From: Prorocentrum cordatum
Taxonomy: Eukaryota
DNA length: 64,000 nt
Direction: 5' to 3'
NCBI GenBank assembly: GCA_963575745.1
Contig: CAUYUJ010000156.1
Span: 1 to 64,000 of the forward strand
The notes beneath the pieces are model-generated. The model saw nothing but the letters and a program-made list of their open reading frames with translations, searched no databases and had not been told where the DNA came from. Position numbers and translations under genes: made by a program. Shown here one piece after another: positions 48,849 through 60,439 of the stretch (positions within the stretch are counted from its first letter, which is position 1; every line of letters starts with the position of its first letter).

Positions 48849-51800
48849 TGGGCCCACCCAAGTTGGGGGTTCGACTCTCTGCGCAACCCCCTCCGGCCTG
48901 CGAGCCGAAGCCCCTGAAACCAGGTCGAAGTGAGACAAGCCTCTGATGGCTGCACCCGGCCGCCTTCGCGGGCGGGCGCGCGCGCAAGCTGGCGGCGCTG
49001 CAGCGCAGCGAGGAGACGAGGACTAGGAAGAGGAGGGGAAGGGAGGGGAAGAGAGGAGGAAGGAGACGAGGAGGAAGAGAGGAGGAAGAGCGGAGACGAG
49101 GAGGCGCAGCGAGGAGACGAGGAGAAGAGAGGGGAGGGAGGAGGACGAGGACGAGGACGAGGACGGGAGGCGACCGCTGCGCACGGCGCGCGGCGAGAAG
49201 AGCGCACGGGGCGAGGCCTCGGCCGCGGGGCGCAGAGCTCCGCCTTTGCCTCACGTCGGGCCCGTCCCTCTGCAGGGGGGATGTTCAAAGATAGCAACAA
49301 AAATACTCTGGGGACGATGTCTTGAGCATTTGTGTTGGTCATTTGGGGGTATTTGGGGGGCATTTGGGGTCCTTTTGTCCTCATTTTGGGGCAGTTTTGG
49401 GGTATTTTGGGGGTATTTTTGATTTTGGGGCATTTTTGCTGCACCTTTTGATATTTGGGGGTACTTTTGAGTATTTGTTGATCCTGTTGGGGGTATTTTT
49501 GGGGTACTTTTGCTTTTTCGTCCAAAATCCCCCTGCAGGGGGACAGGCTCGACTCAGGCCTTGCCCCCCTGGGCCCCCCCCCGCCTCCCCCCGCGCACGG
49601 CGCGAGGAGGAGGCGCCGGCGCCCGGCGCGGCGGCGGAGGGCGCCGCCCCCGAGCCGGGCGAGGGCGCCGCCGCCGCGGGGGAGGGCGGCGCGGTCGCGG
49701 AGAGCGACGGCGCGGAGGCGCCCCCTGGGCGTGGGAAAAGAGGGAGGGGCAGGCCCAGAGCAGTGCTTATGCATGTATTGTGCACTTGTCAAGCGCCATG
49801 CAAGTCACCTTACCAGCGTCCGGAAGAACGCACCCGCGCGTCTCCTCCTCCTCCTCCTCCTCCTCCTCCTCCTCCTCCTCCTCCTCCTCCTCCTCCTCCT
49901 CCTCCTCCTCCTCCTGCGCCTCCTGCTCCTCCCTGCCTGACCTCCCCCCCGCCCCCTTTCCCCGGAGGACTCCGCCCCGCCGCCCGAGCTGGAGCAGCCG
50001 CCGGCCTCCCCGGAGGCGCTGGCTGGCACTCCTGCCGCCGCGGCGGAGGAGGCCGCCGCACAAGGGGACGGCCAGGCGCTCTTCCTCGCCCCTCCCTCGA
50101 CCCCGATTTGTTCATTATTCTTTTTCATGGTTCTTCCTCTTCTTCTTCTTCTTATTATTATTATTATTCTTCCTCTTCCTCTTTCTCTTCCTCCCTCCCT
50201 TCTCCCTCCCTCTCCTTCCTCCTCGGCCTCCTCTTCCCCCTCCTCCACGAGCCTCCTCCCTCTCGTCCTCCTCCTCGTCCTCCTTCCCTTCCTCCCTCCT
50301 TCCCTTCCTGTCCCCCCTGTCCTCGAGGCCCGCGTCCATGCATGTTCCTTCTGGACGGCTCCTCTTGGTCGCACACCGAGGCCAATCGAAAGGGCGGGCT
50401 GGGCGTTGGGCCTGAGACTTCCTCACCAATTCTGACCCTGAAGCTTTACAGTCGGGGCCCTGGAGAAGGAACCCTTTTGGTTGGGGAGGGGCTCCGCGTT
50501 CCTTAAGTGTTTCACAGCTTGCCTCAGGTTTTCCTTATGTTTTCGATGGGAAATCGAAGGTTAACTTATGGAAAAAAGGGACCTCGTTCCTTATTTGGGG
50601 TTCCTTAGGCCAACGCCCCGACGGTAATTGACAGCAGCTTCACAGACGGAGGGCGGGTCGCTTCCAACATGTGGCTCTCGCCTCAGCGTCGCTCGCATTC
50701 GTCATGCGCATCGGCAAGGGTTTCACTGATTGTGGGCGGGCAGTTTTCCAGAGTGTGGCTCCTGCCTTAGCGCCGCGCCCACCCGTTTCAGGCATGTCCT
50801 AGAGCTTCACGGGTTGAGGGCAGGTGGTGTTCAACATGTGGTTCTCGCATTAGTGCCGCGCGCATTCGTGTCAAACATGCGTAAGCGTTTCGCTGATTGA
50901 TGGAGGTTCCTTCTCAACATGTGGCTATCGCCTCAGCGCCGCGCACCTCCACGTCAAACATCTGCAAGAGCTGCACGGATTGAGGGTGGCTCCTTTTCAA
51001 CATGTGGCTCTCACCTTAGCGCCGCGCACATTCGTCTTCAAAATTGCCAAGAGTTTCACGGATTCCCATGGTCAACGTGTCAGAAATAAGGTTTTGGATA
51101 TACTCTGGTTTGTGAGGGTGCATCAGTTATGTTAATTCGTGGTGAAGTCCTAGGAATGGTTTCTGGCACGGTTCCGGATCGTCAAGACGCAACAGCCATG
51201 TTGATTCGTGGCGTTGGAGTCCCGAGAATGTTGTTTTGGCACGCTCCAGGGTCATCAAACGGTTGTCTCCCAACGAGGCGGTTCCCACAGTGGAGATGAA
51301 CCCTTTTGGGGGCCTCTGAAGAGGGAGCTTGGAGGAAGGCTTTATTCCAACATCGTTGATGGGTCTTGGGTTCACGCTGGTCCTCCTCCTCCTTCTCCTC
51401 ATCGTCCTCCTCCTTTCTTCCCCTCCTCTCTCCCCCTTCTCCTCCTGCTCCTCCTCCTTCCCTGCTCCTCCGTCTCCTCTCCCTCCTCCTCCTCCTCCTT
51501 CTCCTCCTCCGAGCGTGCCGTCTGGCGCTCCCTCCGCCACAAGGTCATGGGCCCGCGCATGGAACGACAGGGGCTGCGCCTTCGCGAACCTGAGCCTGCT
51601 CTGGCGTCGTCCGCGACCCCGTGCCCCACCGGGGCACCGCCCTCGCAGCCTCCGCGCCGTCTCGGCCAAGGTCCCGCTGCAGTGCCTGCGCACGCCTTGT
51701 AATGGCCCGCCGCAGCCCTGCCGCTGCCACCTGGAGCGGGTGACCCGGCCCTGTCGGGCACCTCGTGCGCGAGCAGCAAAAGGGGCGCCAGCAGTGTCAG

Positions 51801-54800
51801 CCATCTGCTGGTCCCCCCTCTCGTCATCCTCCAGCATCGCGCTGGCGCCCTCCATCGCGCGGGTGACGGCAGCATGTCGCCAAGGAGAGTCATTGGCGCC
51901 TCTGCCCGAGCCGGAGAGGGCGTCCGCCTGCGGCTGCTGGAACTCGGCAGGTTGGCAAAGACGCCTCCTGCCCCATCGCAAGTTGTCCAGGTGCGTGGAA
52001 GTCTTAGCCTTGACCCCGCATTGCCGGCATTTCCATTCGCCGTGAACATCGGAACGCCAAAGGTAGTGGTGTAGTACTTGTGCCTGTTCCTTCACCTCCC
52101 TGTCCTTCGGCACTCGCACCTCTTGATCAACCATACCTTCAGCTGAAACAAAGGCGACTGAGAGTGGAACCCAAGAACCGTGCTCCCAACTTAGCTTGCG
52201 CAAGCGCCATCTTGAGCATGTCAATGTAGCCTTCCGCGTATCCCACACTGCGAGCGCCTCCCACAGCAGAGAATTCCGCCCAGGAATTGCCCAACACCTG
52301 GTCATACCGCACCGTGCTGTCCATATCGCATGCCACCGCAATATGATCGCAATGAGAATGGCACCAATGGAACCGTGGCGGCAACCGATCCATCTGCTCC
52401 AATCGTGTGCGTATACGCCTCCAAATGCTTGCATGCCGTGCGCCCGCAGCTGCATTCCACGGTGACCAGCGCTGGCCCTTATCCATCAGGCCTGACAAAT
52501 CCGTGACCACATCCAAGACGGGAGGATAGTGCCGCGGCGCCTGTGGGATGCAATACCGCTCCGCCGCGCCAATCGTCTGCTGCGCCCCTGGCAAGCCTCC
52601 GTAGATCGCTCTGGTGGGGTAGCCCTGAGGTGACATCTGTACTGCCGCCCATCCACGCCGCAGAAGTTCTGGAACTGGACGGGATGGCCGAGCCGTCTGT
52701 GAAGACCGTCGTAGGCCAGGTGCCAGTGTCGCTGCTCCAATCGCCCCAGCACTGCACATGTGGCGTCCAGCACCGCCATCCGGCAGTCGCCTGGCACGAA
52801 GGGCGTTCCAACACGTAGGTCGTAGCAGTCGTCAGTAACCAAAGGCGTCCGTAGAGTGCCGTGCTCCAATGCCGAGTCTCTGTACTTGATCGGCTCCTCA
52901 GGCGTCGGGTGGTCTTCCTCCTCCTCCAGAAGCTGGCGATTAGTAGCAGGGCAGCGGTAGCAGACGTGACCGATGCACTCCTCCTCAACACCACAGCCTC
53001 GGCACATGGTAGAGTCCGACTTGTAATGCTGGTGGAGCTTGACTTGCGTCCACGATGAACCAGACCATAACGATCATAAAGCCCCCGCCACCTTCGGGTT
53101 CTGTAGTGCTGCATGCCGACCTCCGACACAGGCTCGTAAACACCGTGCCCAGATATGGGTACCAGGATCCACGCCATGATGTTGTTGCACCCTTCGCGTC
53201 TGCCACCGCTGCATCCCGTGCCGCAACAGGTCTCGCATCGCCATTGGATCCAACCGTAATAGTGGTCAGGATTGCCCTTAAACGTCGCGTATCACAGTAC
53301 GGGAAATCATGAACCAGTCCACTCGTGCAAGCGATAGCTAAACCACCGCCAACGGCCCACGCGCATTCCTCCGAGATATCTGTTGGGTCCGTAGTACCTG
53401 CCGAGCCCGCTCCCACCGGCCCGAGCTGAAGGATTGATCCCAGATGGCCCGATGGCATGCAAAGAGCGGCGCGGTGGTGGCCTCAAAGATAGGGTCGTGC
53501 CAAGGATCCCCCCTGAGTAGCCAGTATAACGTGCTGCTACCACCTCGCCCAGCGCACCCTGTCATAATGGTAGCCGCCTGTCGTGACTCACGTAGCTCCG
53601 TGTCCGAAACACCGCTGACCGCGGCACCGTGTCCTCCCGATGGTAGTAACCCAGTCCTCCGCGGCTTCGTTACCAGTAGCCCTGCACTCAGCTTGAACTG
53701 CATAACGCGCCTCGGCCGTAGTTTGAGGACCAGATGCCGCTTGGCCGGAACGCCTCTCCGTATCATTCGCCCTTATAGCTCGTGCCCCAGGTTCCGTTTG
53801 TGTCTTTGTGGCGGGATCTTGCAGTAGTCTGACGCCGCGCGAGAAGCCTTAATCGCCGCCGCACTAGTAGCCGCGAACCCAGACCTGCTAGCTTGAATGA
53901 CCAGGCCCAACTGTTGCACATCCACAACGAACCCACGCAATGCCTTCCAGTACCGTCGTATCTGTGCTAAGTCCTGCCCCGTCCACTGGGCAGAAACGTT
54001 GTCCACCACAGCTCGCGGAATGGTAGCAGGAGAAGCCGACCATCGCATCGTCTTTGCAGTGTGCAACGTGAGTAACTGCGTGGACTGACTGAAACCCGCC
54101 AAGATCCCTTGCCAGGACTGGTAACATGTGGACAGTGACCCATCACACTGTATCGCCCTGGATTGCGTGTGGCACTGCAAGATCATCCAGGTCAAGCGCG
54201 CAGGAAAACCTTCTTCCATACTCTGCTGTAAGAGCGCCGAAGGTAGCACCGACTCAAAAGCCTTCCAGGCGCCCAACAGTGCAGTCACCGAGTGGTCCGA
54301 GAGTAAGTGGGCCACCTCCGCATGCAAGTTGCGATCGAATGCGGACGCGGTAGACGACCGCCCTGCACCTCCAATTCCCCAGATCTCCGCCACAGCCGCT
54401 TGCTGTAACCACTGCCGTGTTGCTGAAACGCGCGCGCAACTACAACCCGATCAATGTGTTGACCAAGCATATCAAGCGGCTACCTCCATCGGGTTTGCCC
54501 AATCTGACTAGGTGGTTGAGAATCCGCTGTGATGGCCAACATCCCAACTGCTCGCATCGGTTGTAGAGCGCAGCCAGGGCCTCCAACCCGATATCTGAAA
54601 CCTGCCACATGGCTCGCGGTGCGATACTTGTCTGTCCCGCAGAGGTAGTGCCAGGGAAGGTGAGGAGTGCCGTGTGCAACTGAGCCCCTGTGAGTGGTGG
54701 TAGCTGATTTCCTAGACCAAGCCCATCCGCTCTTGGTGGCCCAGTAAGCCCATGATGCGTCCAGACCGTCGTCCACTCGAGTAGTTCGCGATCGGCGACC

Positions 54801-57410
54801 CCATGTGGGCTAGCGTACACCATGAGTAGTATTTTGTCGACATGTCCAGGGGCTTGGTGTCCCTGCGCGCAATGCCAGCGCCCTTGTGGAAAGCCTGCTG
54901 AACCCAAGTCTTCCAAGCACGATGCCGCTCTTTAGCTGCCGCCTTCTGCTCCGCCGCCTGAACGATGTAGTCAACCTGAGACTCGAGAGTATCCCGAGCC
55001 AGGACTCCAACGCCCGTCTGAAAGAAGAGTTGTACCTTGTGAGGTAGTTCTCTGAGGGTGCGGTGATGCGACCCCACCTTCATAGTAAATGCAACTGTCT
55101 CCTTCAGTATCTGTATCACGTGCGCACATTGTCCCTGGAATATCGCACAAGCCGTATTCGCCTTCTCAAGTTGCTTGAGGTAACTGCCAAGATGCTGTTG
55201 GGTCCGACGTAGCTGCGTAGCCCATCTGCACGCGATCTACCAACATTGCACCTCCCATCTGACATATGTCCTCCGCCCTGGTGGTCTTCACTTCACGGAA
55301 TCCCATTTGCAACTGACGTGACCGCCCCGACCCAAATGCTTGAATCGATGGCTACCGTGTAAATGCCAACTTGATGCCAGCTCTGTCCCGATACACTGCA
55401 ACGTTGCATCCCAAGCCACCTGCAATGTCCGGTCATCCACTGCTTCCGTAGTAAGCCGCTGCACCGAGATCCAGTCATGCCGTTGCGGGAAATAGGCACA
55501 CCCCACTTGCTAGGTAGCACAAAAGCCCAGAGGTTCAGTCAAGACTCTCTTCCACGTAGCTGCGTCGCGTACTGTAGCCCGAAAGTGCACCGGTGTGTGT
55601 AGTGACTGCAGTGCCGCGATCCACTACATGTTCCAGCAAGCGCGCCTGTAAGTTAACCGTGGCAATTGCAGAATCGTAAACTTTCTACCAGAGATAGACT
55701 TCAAACACGTGGGTTCCGCAGGTTGATGCAGATGTCCGTGAACTGTTCGTAACCGCGCGAAGTCCCATTCTGATGGTTCCAACTTTCAGTCCCCAAGGAC
55801 CATCCAGTCCATTCCTATTATGTTCAGCAAGCCCACATATCGCATGACGCCCTCGATGATGTAGACGCTCTCGGGGCTGAGGCCTTCGCTGTCGTGCAAG
55901 TAGACGCTCACGATGATCAGCCCCTTGGCGACGCCCCAGTGGACGCGGGCAGCAGTGAAGCTTTCCGTCGGCAGACCAGCCTGGCTAAGGAAGGGGGCTT
56001 CCGTGACCATGATGTCGGTAGTAGCTAACATGCAAACGCCCCTGCTGGTTTCGCCGTCCTCTGTCAGTAAGGCATCTGACCAAACCCCGTGGTAGCCTAA
56101 GTCCAGCGCCTGCTGCCGAATAGAATGCAATCGATCGCCCTATGCCCCTGAACCGCAATGACCTTCCCAGGTGGTGTCTGAGCCAGTTAGTAGTCCACCG
56201 CAGTGCTCGCACCGGAGACGCTGACCGTGGTGATGGCGCCCTTCACCTCATCCAGCGAGTCCGTGTCCCTTGTGCCATAGGTCCTGGCCTGGCCGCCGAT
56301 GTACTCGCCCTGCTCTGCCGACGAAGTACGAGCGCGGGCCGTAGGCTGCCTCGTCGCAGTACCCGACGTCAAAGGCGATGGCCCGCCTGGCGCTCCCTTC
56401 CCGAGAGCCTCGGTCTCAACAGGCACAGCCGCGCAGCCCTGCCCGCCGAGCCTTCCAAGGGAGAGGGCAGCAGCTGAAGACAACCCTGACGGGGGGGTGG
56501 AGGAGGGAGGAGGAGGAGGAGGAGGAGGAGGAGGAGGAGGAGGGGGAGGAGGAGGAGGAGGACGAGGAGGGGAGGAGGAGGAGGGAGGAGGAGGAGGAGG
56601 AGGGAGGAGGAGGAGGAGGAGAGGAGGAGAGGAGGAGGAGGAGGAGGAGGAGGAGGAGGAGGACGAGGAGGCATTGCTCGAAGGGCTCCCTGACGCCGTG
56701 GCCGGCCGTGGAAGCGATGACCCCGTCGACGTTCCCCGCCCGAGACCCTCGGCCTCGGCAGCCGCGCACGGGCGCGGCGCGTCCGCTGAGAGCCTTCCAG
56801 GGGGAGGGGCAATACACGAAGACTTCACGCCTCCTCCTCCTCCTCCTTCCTCCTCCCTTTCCTCCTCCTCCTCCTCCCTCCTCTTCCTCTTCCTCCTCCT
56901 CCTTTCTCCTCCTCCTCCTCCTTCCATCACCTGATTTATTGCAGTCAACCGGCATTCTTAATGGTATGTTACTTTCCGACTGTCTGAACTGCGCCCCTGC
57001 AGCATCTGACGTCATCTCTGTACCCGCCGTCTGTGTTCCCGCACATGCAGCAGTGGCCATGGTGAGAAAAACCAAACCACCGTCCATGTAATCATCTGCA
57101 GCGTCCTCAGCCCAGTGCAGCTAGTCGCACGGCTTGTAGGCGTTGACCCTGCGATGTAGAATGCTCGCCGCCGGTCGCAGCTTGGAGCGCTCCCGCTCGA
57201 TGAAGTCCCCGCACGGGATGCCAATGTCCGCGAACAGCTGCTTGAGGTCGCCCCCGGTAGCCTCCCGGAGCGAAGGCAGCGGCTCGGGTGCAGGACACTC
57301 CTTAGCAGCAGCCGGAGCAGAACCTGCAGAAGGAGCACCGCCCGAGGCTGCAGCTGTGCCTGCGCCTGCCGCTGCAGCCATCTGGCGCACCTTCTCGGTC
57401 TGCACATCGC

Positions 57411-57605
57411 AGGCCTAGAGGTAGACACCAACACCAATATCGGCTGTGTGCCTCCACCGAGGGAAGAAGATCCAGATCTCGGTGATGGTGGTAATATTCT
57501 AGCTTCACGGTGGTCGAAATGTTACCACCAACACCGAACTCTAGGATCATCTTCCCCCTGTGGAGGCAAACCCCTGAATTGGTGTTGGTGCCCATTTACA
57601 GGCCT
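57411..57605. mobile_element. AGGCCT-bounded fold-back element, copy 2, inside LINE ORF1
   Basis: AGGCCT at 57411-57416 and 57600-57605; colinear with 15881-16076. Confidence 0.85.
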
Positions 57606-57774
57606 CTCAGCACAGTCTTGTCCAGGAGCTCTCCCTGCACCCCGTGCTTCCTGAGGACGGCGCCCGGCGCCTCAGCGCCGTGAAGCCCTGCCCACCGCAG
57701 GCTGCACTGGCTCTCCTCCCGTGGCCGGAGGCGACGTGGGCTTCATGGCGAGCCCGAGGCGCAGGCTCTCCAAT

Positions 57775-57939
57775 TCTCAGGAGGGGAAAAAACACACAGG
57801 CACAATGAGTCGTCGGTTTCCCAGAAAATAGTGGAAAATATGGGAAGTGGGGGGGAAGACAGAAACCCAGAAAATACGGGACTATATCGGGAATCTGGTT
57901 ATTTGTGTCTACTTACTTGTGTGTCCCAGCTCCCCTCCA
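57775..57939. mobile_element. ~160 bp TCAGGAGGG element inside LINE ORF1
   Basis: Flanks CCAAT/CCAGT; removal restores the frame LSQLRLQLESLRLGLA. Confidence 0.85.
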
Positions 57940-58697
57940 CCAGTTGTAGCCGAAGTTGTGAAAGAGTAGACTCCCCCTCGGCCACCGCAGTTTCCGTCTT
58001 CTCAATGGCGTCGCGTTGTCGTTGCATTGCTGTGCCCGCACGCTGAACCTTCTGGCCCGGCTGGTAGATCTTGCGATCGACTTCCGCGATCTGCGCGCCG
58101 ACTGGCTTCTGGTCCCGCCGCCTCGCAACGACCGCTTCACGATCAGCCAAGAGCTGAGTACGGATAGCACCCAATTCAGGCACCTGCTTGACCAGCTGCT
58201 CGGGCACCCGTTGCAACTTCTCTCGTCCAAGACACGTACATCTGCTGGTCATACTGAGCGGCATCGCGTTCGGCACCCGCGCCGTGCTGGCAAAGCTGCG
58301 CCTGCAAGTGCGCCGCCTGCTGCTCCAGCTTGCGGTTACGATCCCGCGCCCACGGCTCGGGCGGAGGCGATCCGGTTCGAACAGAATCCGACGGCGACCC
58401 CCCTACCGTGGTCTTCGTTCCTCCAATAAGCCGAGCCCTTGTGCAGCTTACATTGCACGCAGTGGACATGCGCGCCAGAATTGCAAACACGTTTTTACCC
58501 TCGCTCGGACCCCAGGGGTAAGCACAGTCTTTGCAGTACGAGTCTTGACGGGCCGCCGAGGCCAAGAGGGCAGGAACACCGCCGACGCCGTTGGTGAATC
58601 GGGCGCCAGAGAAGCCGCACTCGAAGGTGCCCGGCGCGGCCGGGGAAGAGGCGCGGGCCGCAATGCCCCCTTGCCACTGAGACCCGATGGGTTTGGA

Positions 58698-58719
58698 CTT
58701 GAGCCACAATGGTCACGGA
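58698..58719 (-). other. Relict dinoflagellate spliced leader at the LINE 5' end
   Basis: Minus strand TCCGTGACCATTGTGGCTCAAG, 19/22 to DinoSL. Confidence 0.75.
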
Positions 58720-58994
58720 CCTCCTCCTCCTCCTTCTCCTCCTCCTCCTCCTCCTCTCCGCCCCCCCTCCTTCCCTCCTCCTCCTCCTCCCTCCTCCTCC
58801 TCCTCCTCCTCGTCCTCCTCCTCCTCCTCCTCCTCCTCCTCGTCCTCCCTCTCCTCCTCCTCGTCCTCCTCCTCCTCCTCCTCCTCCTCCTCCTCCTCCT
58901 CCTCCTCCTCCTCCTCATCCTCATCCTCATCCTCATCCTCATCCTTCTCTTCCTCCCCCCTCCTGTTCTCCTTTCCCACAGCCCCCCAGCGCAG

Positions 58995-59036
58995 GTGCCG
59001 CCCCCTACGGATACTGAGGAGGTCCCCGCGAGCTGA
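58995..59036 (+). CDS. Candidate terminal exon VPPPTDTEEVPAS*
   Basis: Pyrimidine tract then CGCAG|G; phase 0; composition like the 34320 and 34681 candidates. Confidence 0.35.
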   Translation: MPPPTDTEEVPAS

Positions 59037-60379
59037 TTGACGCGACCTCTAAGGGCGACCTATGCGGGAGGAGGAGGGAAGGAGGGAGGGAGGGAGGGAA
59101 GGAGGGAAGGAGGGAGGAGGGAAGGAGGGAGGGAGGGAGGCAGGGAAGGAGGGAGGAGGGAGGGAAGGAGGGAGGGAGGGAAGGAGGGAGGGAGGGAGGG
59201 AAGGAGGAGGAGGGAAGGAGGGAGGGAGGGAGGCAGGGAGGGAGGAAAGGATGAGGGACCCTGACATCCAGGCGTCGTGAACAAACAGACAACAGCATGA
59301 CGCACGGTTTTCGCTATTTTCGGCCTCGGGGGACCCTCGCCAGGCCCTGGGATCTTCAGGTCATCGACTCAGGATGCAAAGCCGGTCCGGGGGAATGTCT
59401 CCAGACCTCCAGGGGTCTCATTCGGTTGCATAGGTGGGTCACGATTTGGGGGGTCAGTGAGCAATACGTTCATTCATTTTTTTCAGCGACAGCACGCGGC
59501 AACTGAGATGCGATGCCCAATCGAATCTATGAATATTTCGTGTTCGTTGATTATCGTACGTTTAACTGTGTGGCAACGCGCCCGCTATGATCAGCAACGC
59601 AAGTCGGATGACCGACCAATTTCGCTGATACCTGCCCTCGCGAGCCACGTTTACATTGCTCTCCGCTATGTGGGGATGCCGAATACATCGACGCCCGTGT
59701 CGTTTCTGGCCCTGGGAAGATTTCGGTTTCGCCACCGTTAACGTTGGCCATGGCCGCCAGGGGGCGCCGTTTGCGTCGCCATCCGCATTGTTCGCAGGTC
59801 CATCGGAGGCATCGGCACCTAAAACGCCCGCGCGGATCCAAATATCCGGGGGGCGCGTCGTTGACGCAGCCCACATGACACCCATCCCTCATGACACATG
59901 ATCTTTGCCATTGGCCGCATTGTTTTAAATCCAGATTGATATATGTCCAAGAATTTGAGATACAGCTTGGTCCGATGTAGGTAACGTTCTTTTTTCTGAG
60001 GTTTCTCCTTCCACTGGGGCTGTCATTTTCTCGAACGGTATTTCTTTTGTGTTTCCCATTCGGAAGCCAGCGCGCAATGCCGCATTTCTCTAACATCAAA
60101 TTGTCTTATTGCTTCATTGATGATATTCTCAAGTACGACATGTTTGTGCATTCGGTGTTCTTCTGCACCCTCTCTCGAGCCGCTTTCCTCCCCCAAGATG
60201 GGCTCACAACAAAAGCCAATTGTGTGATCGATTCTCTTTGCCCCCATGACTTGTGTAATGTCCTGAACCTGTGTGACCCCCCCTCCCACCCCCGTATCCC
60301 GTCTGCCATTAATTCGCCGCTGATTTTTTGTTCAAGAGCTTCCCCATGGGACATACGCCACGGGGACCGAACGATGCGA

Positions 60380-60436
<57 letters not shown>

Positions 60437-60439
60437 GAA

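Larger units (their letters stand above)
33563..56490. repeat. Direct tandem triplication of a 7642-7645 bp unit (starts 33563, 41205, 48850)
   Basis: ORF track repeats at offsets 7642 and 7645; junction CCCTGAC-T-GGGCCCACC occurs twice. Confidence 0.98.
51512..58719 (-). mobile_element. Apparently full-length decayed LINE: SL relic, ORF1 remnant (~57121-58700), ORF2 remnant
   Basis: Unit 3 ORF2 continues past the array edge into coiled-coil-like ORF1 fragments with an N-terminal CKDC motif; (CCT)n tracts on both sides. Confidence 0.8.

Noticed and set aside
33563..56490. Three independent LINE insertions or an LTR element
   Set aside because: Units include identical non-LINE flanks and identical frameshifts; no LTR or integrase motifs seen.
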